From NCBI GenBank assembly GCA_964415615.1, contig CAYQAW010000007.1:1-59103 (forward strand): 59,103 nt of DNA, given 5' to 3'. Below the pieces are notes generated by a model that saw only the letters and a program-made list of their open reading frames with translations, ran no database searches and was not told the DNA's origin. Shown here piece after piece: positions 28,031 to 37,287 of this stretch (the first letter of the stretch is position 1; each line of letters opens with the position of its first letter). The translations under genes and the position numbers were made by a program. This DNA is from an uncultured Gammaproteobacteria bacterium (GTDB taxonomy: Bacteria; Patescibacteriota; Microgenomatia; Daviesbacterales; UBA10151).

Positions 28031-29476
28031 ATGGCTTCTCTGTCTCGGATCAGTTGGCTGTTAGTTTTTATTCTCTTTGCTCTCCCTTTGTTATTCTTTC
28101 CCTGGACTTACATGGCCTTTGAGATGCCAAAAGTATTTTTGTTATATATTTTTTCTGTATCTGCAGTTTATTTTTTACTCAAATCAGGCTATAGATTTGG
28201 CAATTTAACAAAAACTCACTGGTTATATTTAATCTTTCTGGTTTGGATTGCAATCACAGCTATTTTAGGCTTATCCTGGCAAAACAGCTTTTGGGGCAGC
28301 TATTTTAGAATGCAGGGCATTTTAACCTGGATTTGCTATAGTTTGTTATTTTTTATCTCTGGCAAGATTTTTGATAATAATCATTTTAGAAAAATGATAA
28401 GCCTGGCTATTTTGGCAAGCAGTAGTGTGGCTGCATTTATTGCTATTGCCCAATTTATATCCCTTTGGTTTTTCGGAAATACTTCCCAGCTACTCTATAA
28501 TAATAGAGTTATTTCTACCTTTGGCCAGCCTAATTTTTTAGGGGCATTTTTAGTCATGTCCCTCCCCTTTATTTGGTACCTATTTAAACAGGTCAAAGGA
28601 CTACCAAAAGCCTTAGTAATATTGGGACTTATTATTACCATTTTAGGCATCATTTCAACTTTTTCAAGAAGTGCTTATGTAGGATTTATCCTTTTAGCCC
28701 TCACCTGGGGCATTTATCATTACCGCTTACTTCTTGCTGGTATTACCTCTTTAATAATACTTTTTGCTCTTTTAGCCAATCTTTTCCCTAATTTGGTTTA
28801 CCAAGAGTGGTATAGATTTCAAGTTGATACAGTTTCCAAATGGACAGCTGAAAATAGGCTCATTATTGCTCAAAAATCAATAAATTTGATCTTAAAAAAA
28901 CCTCTGACAGGCTATGGAATAGAAAATTTTTCCTTAGCTTTTCCTAGTGTTGTTACTGCAGATGATTTAGGATTAAAAGATATTATTGTAGATTCATCAC
29001 ATAACTTATTTTTGGATATTGCAGTCCAAACAGGCTTAGTTGGGTTAGGATTATTTGTGACTGTTTGTATTCTTACATTTATCCGTAGTTTGAAGCATGA
29101 AACTTTTACCAAAACTGCACTGACCTCTGCTGTGGCTTTTTTAGCAATCCATCAGTTTTCTCCTGTTTCTATGGTGCCTGCTGCGCTTTTTTGGTTATCT
29201 TTAGGCATCATAAACGGACCTGTATTAAGCTATACCAATTTATCAAAAAGCCTTAAATTTATTTTAAGTATTGTTGGTATCTCTCTACTTATAATTACCA
29301 GTTTGCTCATCTATCAGACAATCAGAGCAGATATATTGTTTAGAGAAGCCAGTGCTTATGAAGTATCTGATATACAAAGATCTATTAATTTAGATAATGA
29401 TGCTATAGAAATAGCTCCTTGGATCCAATTTTATCAAATAAGAAGAAATTTCCTGCTAAAACAGCTAGGCTATTAA
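28031..29476 (+). CDS. O-antigen ligase family membrane protein
   Basis: 'STFGQPNFLG', 'TFSRSAY', 'GYGIENF', 'SHNLFLD'. Confidence 0.88.
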   Translation: MASLSRISWLLVFILFALPLLFFPWTYMAFEMPKVFLLYIFSVSAVYFLLKSGYRFGNLTKTHWLYLIFLVWIAITAILGLSWQNSFWGSYFRMQGILTWICYSLLFFISGKIFDNNHFRKMISLAILASSSVAAFIAIAQFISLWFFGNTSQLLYNNRVISTFGQPNFLGAFLVMSLPFIWYLFKQVKGLPKALVILGLIITILGIISTFSRSAYVGFILLALTWGIYHYRLLLAGITSLIILFALLANLFPNLVYQEWYRFQVDTVSKWTAENRLIIAQKSINLILKKPLTGYGIENFSLAFPSVVTADDLGLKDIIVDSSHNLFLDIAVQTGLVGLGLFVTVCILTFIRSLKHETFTKTALTSAVAFLAIHQFSPVSMVPAALFWLSLGIINGPVLSYTNLSKSLKFILSIVGISLLIITSLLIYQTIRADILFREASAYEVSDIQRSINLDNDAIEIAPWIQFYQIRRNFLLKQLGY

Positions 29477-29481
29477 CTATT

Positions 29482-29820
29482 TTAAGCCAATTTAGCCCTA
29501 TGTTGTAAAATATTGGCCCAGGTTAAAGCCCTTTCTGCCCAGCATCGTTGATTTTCCTTATTGATATTTAGATTTTTAAGATCTTTGAATTCTTTTGTAA
29601 ATCTTTCTAAAGTTGGTTTGAAACCTTTTGATATATTTTGATGGTATAGATCATTTAAATAATTGTCAGTTTGGCTCATAAATCTTTGAATTAATTCTTT
29701 CTTTAAATCATAGCTATCGAAAACCCACTGGCTTACTCTGGCCATATTAACAGCGATATTGAGTATCTGCAAATTAAGCGGTAAGTCTATTTGGGAAATA
29801 GAATGATTTGTAATCTTCAA
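29482..29820 (-). CDS. Hypothetical helical protein
   Basis: 112 aa, overlaps the stop of the DUF5674 gene. Confidence 0.6.
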   Translation of the reverse strand: MKITNHSISQIDLPLNLQILNIAVNMARVSQWVFDSYDLKKELIQRFMSQTDNYLNDLYHQNISKGFKPTLERFTKEFKDLKNLNINKENQRCWAERALTWANILQHRAKLA

Positions 29821-30152
29821 AGGAGTAAATCCTCCACTATTTGCTTAAACTTTTTCCTTATATCTTCTGGTAAAATATCACGGCTCGGATTACCCTGATG
29901 AGATCTGATATTGATCATTGAATTGTAATCAATCTCCCTGGTTGTAAAATCTATTCCTCCTCCCCAAAGATTCTTCTGGTCGCAGCCATATTCTAAAAGT
30001 AATTGTTCCTCATCATAGTGCATACCCCCGCCTCCAGCCAGTATTTTTTTTTCCACATCAACCACCACTTTGACATAATTGCCCAATTCATAAGACATCT
30101 TATCAAGTTCTTTCTGTGTTGCTTTCCTATTTTTCAAAATAATAATCGACAT
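29817..30152 (-). CDS. DUF5674-like protein
   Basis: 'KVVVDVEKKILAGG..MH...LL..G..Q.NLWG...SMINIR'; ATG 30152 preferred. Confidence 0.7.
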   Translation of the reverse strand: MSIIILKNRKATQKELDKMSYELGNYVKVVVDVEKKILAGGGGMHYDEEQLLLEYGCDQKNLWGGGIDFTTREIDYNSMINIRSHQGNPSRDILPEDIRKKFKQIVEDLLL

Positions 30153-30202
30153 TTGACAAATTGTAGCATGTTGGATTAGAATAAGGAAGCTTAAGAAAGT
30201 GA

Positions 30203-30224
30203 GCCCTTCGACTCCGCTCAGGGC
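30203..30224. repeat. Palindromic REP-like unit GCCCTTCGACTCCGCTCAGGGC
   Basis: GCCCT.../...AGGGC hairpin; it creates the spurious 'LSGVEG' extension in the track ORF. Confidence 0.6.
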
Positions 30225-30258
30225 GGGTCGCATATAAGTCTCACCGAGGCGAATTGAC

Positions 30259-30337
30259 TAGCTTTCAGCTATCAGTCTTCAGTCATCAGACTAAAAATTT
30301 CAAAGTCTGAAAGCTGACAGCTGAAGACTGACGACTA
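30259..30337 (+). repeat. Empty heptamer-arm hairpin upstream of rplJ
   Basis: TAGCTTTCAGCTATCAGTCTTCAGTCATCAGAC-spacer-GTCTGAAAGCTGACAGCTGAAGACTGACGACTA. Confidence 0.9.
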
Positions 30338-30363
30338 CAAAACTCCTTGAAAGGAGTTTTTTT

Positions 30364-30885
30364 ATGAAAACAAGATTACAAAAAGAAGAAGCAGTTGTAA
30401 AATTATCAGAAAAATTAGGTAAAGCAAAAGCCATAGTTTTTGCAGACTATAAAGGCATGAGTATGAAGCAGCTCTCAGACTTAAGAAATAGCCTCCGTGA
30501 TGTTAATGGAGAATTTAGTATTACCAAAAATACTTTGCTATCCCGGGCACTACCAACTACCAACTACCAACTACCAACTGAATTAGAAGGCCCAACTGCC
30601 ACACTCTTTGCCTATGATGATGAAATATCCCCTATTAAAATTTTAGTCAAAGCCCTCAAAGATGCTTCCTTAGGTAAAATCAAAAGTGGGTTTTTAGGCA
30701 CCATAGCTTTAGAAGAAAGCAAAGTCCTGCAACTTGCAACCCTTCCTACCAAAGATGAACTCCGGGGCAAAACTGTGGGAGTATTAGTTGCTCCTTTGCA
30801 AGGCATTATTTCAGTTCTACAAGGCAACTTAAGAAATCTAGTATACACACTTTCCGAAATCCACAAAGCGAAGGGGGGTGAGTAA
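30364..30885 (+). CDS. rplJ: 50S ribosomal protein L10
   Basis: 'DYKGM', 'KNTL', 'LEGPTA', 'LATLPTK'. Confidence 0.96.
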   Translation: MKTRLQKEEAVVKLSEKLGKAKAIVFADYKGMSMKQLSDLRNSLRDVNGEFSITKNTLLSRALPTTNYQLPTELEGPTATLFAYDDEISPIKILVKALKDASLGKIKSGFLGTIALEESKVLQLATLPTKDELRGKTVGVLVAPLQGIISVLQGNLRNLVYTLSEIHKAKGGE

Positions 30886-30960
30886 ATAGCTATCAGTAGT
30901 CAGCTCTCAGCTATCCCGATTAAATCGGGACGACTGAAGACTGATGACTGAAAGCTAATT
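30886..30960 (+). repeat. Heptamer-arm hairpin between rplJ and rplL with a CCCGATTAAATCGGG palindrome at its apex
   Basis: Arms and central palindrome read directly from the sequence. Confidence 0.9.
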
Positions 30961-30963
30961 AAT

Positions 30964-31479
30964 ATGGCAGACGATCAAACAAAAACAGAAGAAGCTAGGG
31001 AAGAAGCCCAAGAGGCAGCAACCGAAGCGAAAGAAGCAGTAGAGGAAGTTAAAGAAAAAGAATCCAAGGCAGTTTCAGCTAACCCCGATAAAATCGGGGC
31101 TAATTTAGAAAAAATCATAGAAACAGTAGAGAAATTAACTGTTTTAGAATTGGCTGATTTAGTTCACGCTTTAGAAGATAGATTTGGTGTTAGCGCTTCA
31201 GCCCCAGTTGCAGTCGCAACTCCTGGAAACAATGGAGCAGCAGCAGGTGAAGCAGAACCAGAGAAAACTACCTTTAATGTTATTTTATCAGGCGCAGGAG
31301 CCAATAAGATTGCAGTTATTAAAGCTGTAAGAGAACTCGTTGCAACCTTAGGCCTAAAAGAGGCTAAAGATTTGGTAGAGGCAGCTCCAAAACCAGTACT
31401 TGAATCAGTTAATAAGGCAACCGCAGAGGAAGCCAAAACAAAGCTTACCGCCGCAGGCGCAACTGTAGAATTACAATAA
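30964..31479 (+). CDS. rplL: 50S ribosomal protein L7/L12 with acidic N-terminal extension
   Basis: '[10 protein letters not shown]', 'KIAVIKAVR...[10 protein letters not shown]'. Confidence 0.97.
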   Translation: MADDQTKTEEAREEAQEAATEAKEAVEEVKEKESKAVSANPDKIGANLEKIIETVEKLTVLELADLVHALEDRFGVSASAPVAVATPGNNGAAAGEAEPEKTTFNVILSGAGANKIAVIKAVRELVATLGLKEAKDLVEAAPKPVLESVNKATAEEAKTKLTAAGATVELQ

Positions 31480-31587
31480 TCCGCTTTCTCGTCGCTCGCC
31501 TAGCGCGGGTGACGGGAAATGGGTCAATACTGAATGAAAGTGAAGTATTGACACTGTCTGTTTTGTTATGATATATATTGAGTCAGA

Positions 31588-31800
31588 ATGGCAGACAAGT
31601 TATCACTCGAAACTCTCCCCGATTTATTAACAGTTAAAGAAGTTGCGCAGATACTGCGTGTCTCTCCCCTTACTATCAAGCGCTGGGGCAAAAGAGGCAA
31701 GTTACCCGCAATAAGAATTAACTCCAGAGGAGACAGAAGATATAAAAAGGAAGCAGTATTGTGGTTATTGGGCATTACCCAAAAATTAGCACCTAACTAA
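31588..31800 (+). CDS. MerR/excisionase-type HTH protein
   Basis: 'LLTVKEVAQILRVSPLTIKRW...GDRRY'. Confidence 0.85.
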   Translation: MADKLSLETLPDLLTVKEVAQILRVSPLTIKRWGKRGKLPAIRINSRGDRRYKKEAVLWLLGITQKLAPN

Positions 31801-32509
31801 CATACTCTGCTAATAAGTATAGAATATATTGTCCCAAAGCCATTTGTCTTTTAATCCTCCAAGGCTGTAATATAAGTCTAAATAACCACTCAAATCCTAA
31901 GTCCCTCATCCATTTTGGAGCCCTGCGAACTTCACCTGAAAGATAATCAAAAGCTCCTCCCACTCCCATAGCCAAGTGCACTGGAATTTTATCTAAATTG
32001 TCAGCAATCCATTTTTCCTGTTTAACATGACCTAAAGCCACAAATAATAAATCCAAGGGGGGTATCAGACTTTTTGTATCAGCACTGGTCAACAAAACTT
32101 TAAGTGCTGGATATTTTCTCTTTAAGCACTCAGCTACCTTTTCTGCTACACCATCTTTACCTCCTAGAAAGCCTACTACAAAGCCCTTTTCTGCAGCTAC
32201 CTCAATCAGCCTCTCCATAAAATCAGTCCCGGAAAAAGTATTTTTGATTTTTCCAGACAGCTTTAGTCCAGCCCCATCAGGAACAGATAAGTCTGCATCA
32301 TTTAATATCTTTTTAAATATAGGATCTTTTTGGGCTGCCACAAGAAATTCTGGATTAGGGGTAACTACATAATGTTTCTCCCGACGAATTTCATTCGTCG
32401 AGGATCCTCGATGGAAACTACCATCGGGACAAATCCACTCCTCTACCTGAGTCAAGGCCTCATTTATATCAATGTCATCAATTTTTACTCCCAAAATATC
32501 TACTCTCAT
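31793..32509 (-). CDS. WecB/TagA/CpsF family glycosyltransferase
   Basis: 'VTPNPE', 'PDGAG', 'GVGGAFD', 'EWLFRL..QPWR'. Confidence 0.92.
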   Translation of the reverse strand: MRVDILGVKIDDIDINEALTQVEEWICPDGSFHRGSSTNEIRREKHYVVTPNPEFLVAAQKDPIFKKILNDADLSVPDGAGLKLSGKIKNTFSGTDFMERLIEVAAEKGFVVGFLGGKDGVAEKVAECLKRKYPALKVLLTSADTKSLIPPLDLLFVALGHVKQEKWIADNLDKIPVHLAMGVGGAFDYLSGEVRRAPKWMRDLGFEWLFRLILQPWRIKRQMALGQYILYLLAEYVS

Positions 32510-33633
32510 GTATTACTTTCTAATACCTTCAAGGTTTCTCTAGCGCACTTCTCCCAAGAAAATCTCTTAACATTCTCGAGTCCTATTTTAATTAGCTTGA
32601 TTCTTAATTCATGATTCATGATTCTACCCATCCCACTTACTATATCATCAATATCATAGGGATTCACATAGACCGCTGCTCCGCCAGCTGGCGGACCCCC
32701 AACTTCTGGCATACTCGATAAATTAGAAGTAATCACAGGACATCCACAAGCTTGAGCTTCTAAAATTGGCAGTCCAAACCCTTCAAAAAGAGATGGAAAA
32801 ACAAAAGCAATTGCCCCAGAATATAAAGCAGGTAACTTTTCATCAGGAACATATCCCAAAAATTTAACCCTATCCTCTATCCCCAGCTTCTTTGGTAATT
32901 TATAAATTTCATCACTCATCCAACCTTTAGATCCTGCAATAATCAGTCTGAAAGCTGAAGACTGATGACTGAAAGCTTCTATCAATCTTTCTAAATTTTT
33001 CCTTGGTTGTACTGTACCTACAAAGAGGAAGTAGTTTTGATATATTAAGTTATATTTTTTAATAATTTGACTAACTTTGAACTTTGAACTTTGAACTTTG
33101 AACTTTTCTTTATCGTAGCCCTCATAAACCACACTAATCTTCTTTTCGTCTATATGTATTTTCCTTACCAAATCTTGTTTGGTAGCTTTTGACACAGCAA
33201 TAATCTTAGTGGCAGTTTTAAGCTGCCTCTTTTGCATAAATCCCAAATAAAGCCTTTGTTTAATCTGATGCATGGAAGGCAAATATTCAGAACCTAAATC
33301 ATGAACTGTTACTACAGTTTTAAGTCCTGGCTTTTTGATCACTGGCAAAGTGTGCGATGGAACAAACAACACATCCAAGTTATCCTTAAAAGTTTGCAAA
33401 GCCAAACCCCCTTGAGTCCATAATCTAAACCAGCGAATTTCTTTGATTTGGAAATTATTAGGCAATCCTACATTACTTGTAACGATCGTGGAAGTAATTG
33501 TAGCCCTTGTGTAAATTATATAAGTATTATTCTTATCAATCCTGGCTAAAGCTTTCAGTAGTTGATAAGAATAATACTCTGTCCCTGTTTTCTTATCAAC
33601 AAACGCTCTGGATCCATCAAAACCAATGACCAT
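32506..33633 (-). CDS. Glycosyltransferase family 4
   Basis: 'RKNLERL', 'EGFGLPILEA'. Confidence 0.92.
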   Translation of the reverse strand: MVIGFDGSRAFVDKKTGTEYYSYQLLKALARIDKNNTYIIYTRATITSTIVTSNVGLPNNFQIKEIRWFRLWTQGGLALQTFKDNLDVLFVPSHTLPVIKKPGLKTVVTVHDLGSEYLPSMHQIKQRLYLGFMQKRQLKTATKIIAVSKATKQDLVRKIHIDEKKISVVYEGYDKEKFKVQSSKFKVSQIIKKYNLIYQNYFLFVGTVQPRKNLERLIEAFSHQSSAFRLIIAGSKGWMSDEIYKLPKKLGIEDRVKFLGYVPDEKLPALYSGAIAFVFPSLFEGFGLPILEAQACGCPVITSNLSSMPEVGGPPAGGAAVYVNPYDIDDIVSGMGRIMNHELRIKLIKIGLENVKRFSWEKCARETLKVLESNT

Positions 33634-33640
33634 AAAGCTA

Positions 33641-34657
33641 TTATCTTTTACTAACTGACCTTTTGTACAGATCCAGGTTTTCTAAAGCTAAACCAGTTCC
33701 TAAAGCTACACAAAGCAAAGGATTTTCTGCTAGAGCAGCTGGCACCCCTAAAGCATCTGTTAAAGATTTGTCTAAATTCCTAAGTAGAGATGTTCCCCCG
33801 CTCATCACAATTCCTTTATCAATAATATCTGAAGCCAACTCAGGAGGAATTTGTTCCAAAACACCTTTAGCAGCAGCTATTATCTTACGGATAATATCAG
33901 AAATTGCTTCAGTCACCTCATCAGAGGTAATCTCAATAGATCTGGGTAAACCTGAAAAAGCATCTCTGCCTCTTACTTCCATTTTTTGCATCTCAGAAGG
34001 TTTAAGATGCGTTGCAGACCCTATTTTAATTTTAACCTCTTCGGCCATCCTCTCCCCTATAATTAGATTGTGTTTCTTGCGGATATAACTTTGTATCGCC
34101 TCATCAAGCTTATTACCCCCTACCCTTACAGATGTATGCACCACCACTCCTCCTAAGCAAACCACTGCTGCCTCTGTAGTCCCCCCACCAATATCCACAA
34201 TCATATTGCCTGAAGGATTGGCAATAGGAATTTTGGCGCCAATTGCTGCAGCCAAAGGTTCATCTATTAAAAAAGCAGTTTTTGCGCCAGCTGATAAAGT
34301 AGCATCCAATATTGCTCTTTTCTCCACAGAGGTCACACCAGCTGGAGCGCAAACCATCACTTCAGGCTTAAAAATCCTTGAAGAACCACAAACTTTATCC
34401 AGAAAATAACGGATCATCGCCTCGGTGATTACATAGTCTGCAATCACTCCATCCCTCATCGGACGGGAGGCTACAATATTTCCAGGGGTTCTGCCTAGCA
34501 TCTCCCTGGCTTCATTACCAACAGCCAAAACCCGATAGTCATCTGTGGTAACCGCGACCACAGTTGGCTCGTTTAAAACTATGCCAGTACCTGCCAAATA
34601 AACTAAAGAATTTGCAGTACCCAAATCTATCCCTACTCTTTTGGAGAAATTAAACAT
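33641..34657 (-). CDS. mreB: Rod shape-determining protein MreB
   Basis: 'IDLGTAN', 'VDIGGGT', 'SGGTSLL'. Confidence 0.96.
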   Translation of the reverse strand: MFNFSKRVGIDLGTANSLVYLAGTGIVLNEPTVVAVTTDDYRVLAVGNEAREMLGRTPGNIVASRPMRDGVIADYVITEAMIRYFLDKVCGSSRIFKPEVMVCAPAGVTSVEKRAILDATLSAGAKTAFLIDEPLAAAIGAKIPIANPSGNMIVDIGGGTTEAAVVCLGGVVVHTSVRVGGNKLDEAIQSYIRKKHNLIIGERMAEEVKIKIGSATHLKPSEMQKMEVRGRDAFSGLPRSIEITSDEVTEAISDIIRKIIAAAKGVLEQIPPELASDIIDKGIVMSGGTSLLRNLDKSLTDALGVPAALAENPLLCVALGTGLALENLDLYKRSVSKR

Positions 34658-34718
34658 ATCGCTGGTGTCATTCTACCAACCCAAAAACATAGTCACAAGA
34701 TATACTAAAGGAGTCAAA

Positions 34719-34810
34719 AGCTATCAGCTATCAGCTATCAGCCATCAGCTTTCGGCTATCAGACTTAAATTGTGACCGTCTGACAGCTGACGACTGACTA
34801 CTGACGTCTA
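34719..34810 (-). repeat. Heptamer-arm hairpin starting at the PEGA gene stop codon
   Basis: (GCTATCA)n arm and inverted (CTGACAG/CTGACGA)n arm. Confidence 0.9.
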
Positions 34811-36028
34811 CTTAAGATTTATACCATAGAGGTTGGGTTCTGAGGCAGTAGGAGTTGGGAATGAGCTGATAATAACCAACCTGGATGAATCCAACCAGGG
34901 AAAAACAAAATTATCCTGAAAACTGCCAGCATAAATCACAGCTTTATTAGTACCATCAAAATCCACGACTGATATTGTTCCTTCTTCAATTAAGATAATG
35001 TGCATTGAATCTGGCAGCCAAATATGAGATTTGGCTGGAGGAATGGCATATTCTTTTCTATCTTTTAAATCATAAACTTTCACCGAGCTATCAGTCTTCA
35101 GTATCGCTTCGCCCGCCTTCAGCGTGGCTTCGCTGTCAGCTGTCAGACTTTTTGTTTTGTCTGACGACTGTGGGCCCCCGAAGGGGAAGACGACTGACGA
35201 CTGATTTACTACCATAAATTTGGTCTCGTCTGGCGACCAGCGGACATTGGCAGAACCAGAGGCAATCTGACGTAAATTAATATCTTTGATAGCCAAAATT
35301 CTTGAAGTATTCTTATTTTGAGTATCTTCATCCCAAGATTTTAAAGTAGATTGCAAAAGAGGTGTGATATCCCTGGGATCAGAATTCAATCTATCAAAAT
35401 CCAACAGATAATTATTATCATCTACCCCAATTTTATCGGGGTCTACTGTTGCCAAGACTTGTTTGGAATCAGAAGACCATTTAAGTGTGGCTTTGGAAAA
35501 ATCTGCGATTGTATTCTGGACAATCTGGTGTGGCTCTGAAGATCTGACAAAAGAAATTGGTTGATTCCGCATCTGGGTCCAAACCCAAATCCCACCTTTC
35601 TTAGTGAAACCGGGCACAATATAAGCAAGCTTGCTGCCATCAGGAGACAAAGTAGCATTATCTACTCCAGTAAAAGTTAATGGATAAATAGTAGGGATTG
35701 CCGGAAAAAGAGTTACCTTAATTGCTGTCACTAAACCTTCTTTTACAGACACTTGTTTCTCCCAAGGAATAAAACCTTCTTTTACCACCTTTACTGAATA
35801 ATCTTTAGGAGGCAGCGATGGAACTGTGGCATTAGTGGCAGTAGTCAGATGCCCATCTATATAAACTGAAGCAGCATCTGGCTCTGAAGAAACAGTGATA
35901 ATTCCAGTTCCAACTATCCTTTTTTCTTTTTGAGAAAAGGTATAACCTTTAGCGAAAAGTATAGCTATACCAGCTACAACTGCAATTACCAGCAAGGTTA
36001 CTATGGTAATAATGAATCTTTTACTCAT
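34808..36028 (-). CDS. PEGA domain membrane protein with beta-propeller-like C-terminus
   Basis: TM, then 'VSSEPDAASVYIDG...YSVKVVKEGF'; 'LSPDG', 'WSPD' repeats. Confidence 0.88.
   Translation of the reverse strand: MSKRFIITIVTLLVIAVVAGIAILFAKGYTFSQKEKRIVGTGIITVSSEPDAASVYIDGHLTTATNATVPSLPPKDYSVKVVKEGFIPWEKQVSVKEGLVTAIKVTLFPAIPTIYPLTFTGVDNATLSPDGSKLAYIVPGFTKKGGIWVWTQMRNQPISFVRSSEPHQIVQNTIADFSKATLKWSSDSKQVLATVDPDKIGVDDNNYLLDFDRLNSDPRDITPLLQSTLKSWDEDTQNKNTSRILAIKDINLRQIASGSANVRWSPDETKFMVVNQSSVVFPFGGPQSSDKTKSLTADSEATLKAGEAILKTDSSVKVYDLKDRKEYAIPPAKSHIWLPDSMHIILIEEGTISVVDFDGTNKAVIYAGSFQDNFVFPWLDSSRLVIISSFPTPTASEPNLYGINLK
35086..35202 (-). repeat. 117-bp palindromic composite element inserted in frame in the PEGA gene
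   Basis: Near-identical to 44851-44973. Confidence 0.92.
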
Positions 36029-36062
36029 AAGTCTAAATTATATCACCCCGATTAAATCGGGG

Positions 36063-36752
36063 TCAGCTATTGACTAATTTTGCTCTAATAATGAGTCTAT
36101 TTAATAATGTTCCTGGAGGATCACAGGTCTGCAGAGTTAGAACTGGCGCTTCATATCTGTTAGTAAGATAAGAAACATCTGTGGGATTTACAATTGATTT
36201 ATCAAACACTATATAATCATACCTTTTATTTTTATAAAAGATAACCACCAAGTCACCTGCTTCAAGCTCTCTCAACAGATAAAATATAGCATTGTATCTG
36301 ACTATATTCCATGGAGCATCTGTTGAGTGAGAAAAAAGATATAAATTACCCGGTTGACCTGGAGGAGTTGAACCTAAAGCTTCAGCTACACCAGAGGCTA
36401 ACGCACGGGTATATTCCCTTTCATTACCAGGATTAACACCTGCAACTACTCTTGCATTAGCATTAATTTTTTCAATAACTATTCCATACTCTGTTGAAAC
36501 AGGAATAATACTGTTTTCAGAAGCGTTAATATTACTAAAACTAACTGTTTGAGCAGAGGAAGTTGCTTCAACCTGCTGCAAAGCAGTAATCTGAGACACA
36601 GTTCTTTTAACTTGCAAGATCCTATCTGCTCTATAACTTACTTCTGCTTGAACTAAAGGCCCCAGCATAAAAATAAAGGTAATTAAACCTGCAAAAAATA
36701 CCAGGTACCCAATAAACCTTACAATAAATATTGTTCTAAAACGTTTAGACAT
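36063..36752 (-). CDS. Sortase family protein
   Basis: 'LFSHS' His and 'TLQTC' catalytic Cys, 'R' in 'RLIIRA'. Confidence 0.9.
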   Translation of the reverse strand: MSKRFRTIFIVRFIGYLVFFAGLITFIFMLGPLVQAEVSYRADRILQVKRTVSQITALQQVEATSSAQTVSFSNINASENSIIPVSTEYGIVIEKINANARVVAGVNPGNEREYTRALASGVAEALGSTPPGQPGNLYLFSHSTDAPWNIVRYNAIFYLLRELEAGDLVVIFYKNKRYDYIVFDKSIVNPTDVSYLTNRYEAPVLTLQTCDPPGTLLNRLIIRAKLVNS

Positions 36753-36759
36753 ACTTTAG

Positions 36760-36832
36760 TATCCCTGGAGGGAATTGCACCCCCGACCAACTTCTTAGGA
36801 CGAAGCTGCTCTATCTACTGAGCTACAGGGAC
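36760..36832 (-). tRNA. tRNA-Arg(CCU)
   Basis: Reverse complement folds as GTCCCTG/CAGGGAT, anticodon loop GT-CCT-AA, T arm GGGGG-TGCAATT-CCCTC. Confidence 0.88.
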
Positions 36833-36877
36833 GAACACATGGATATTTTAACATCTTGGAAGGTATAATGCTAAGTA

Positions 36878-36955
36878 CGGGGTGTAGCTCAGTGGCAGAG
36901 CGCACGATTCGGGATCGTGAGGAACTTATCGCTGGTTCGATTCCAGTCACCCCGA
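36878..36955 (+). tRNA. tRNA-Pro(CGG) with enlarged variable loop
   Basis: CGGGGTG/CACCCCG, anticodon arm CACGA-TTCGGGA-TCGTG, T loop TTCGATT. Confidence 0.92.
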
Positions 36956-36971
36956 CTAGTAGGAAATCCGC

Positions 36972-37000
36972 TTGACAATTTGTACAATATGTACTAATAT
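36972..37000 (+). promoter_or_regulatory. Sigma70 promoter of the TA operon with an inverted-repeat operator
   Basis: TTGACA-17 bp-TAATAT; GTACA-ata-TGTAC in the spacer. Confidence 0.7.
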
Positions 37001-37006
37001 TTAGTT

Positions 37007-37285
37007 ATGACATTAACAGTTTCCATTAGTGAACTTAGAAATAATCTGGCGCAATATTTGGAAAGGGTAACAAGTGGAACTAATTTGCTTATCCGTGACG
37101 GGAAGAAAAATCAGCTTGTAGCAGAACTTGTTGGGAAAAAAGAATTTAATACTGATAGATTTGAGAAAGCTCTTCAGTCAGCTGCTGGTGTTTTTACTGC
37201 AAAAAATCATCCTGAGTGGACAACCAAAAAAGATGTAATAAAGTGGCTAGAAAAGACCAGATTAGCCTCAGAACGCATTTTTTAG
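37007..37285 (+). CDS. Phd/YefM-type antitoxin
   Basis: 'VSISELRNNLAQYLERV', upstream of a PIN toxin. Confidence 0.85.
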   Translation: MTLTVSISELRNNLAQYLERVTSGTNLLIRDGKKNQLVAELVGKKEFNTDRFEKALQSAAGVFTAKNHPEWTTKKDVIKWLEKTRLASERIF

Positions 37286-37287
37286 AT

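Noticed and set aside
31588-31800. Excisionase marking a prophage
   Set aside because: It sits among housekeeping genes with no integrase nearby; more likely a solo HTH regulator.
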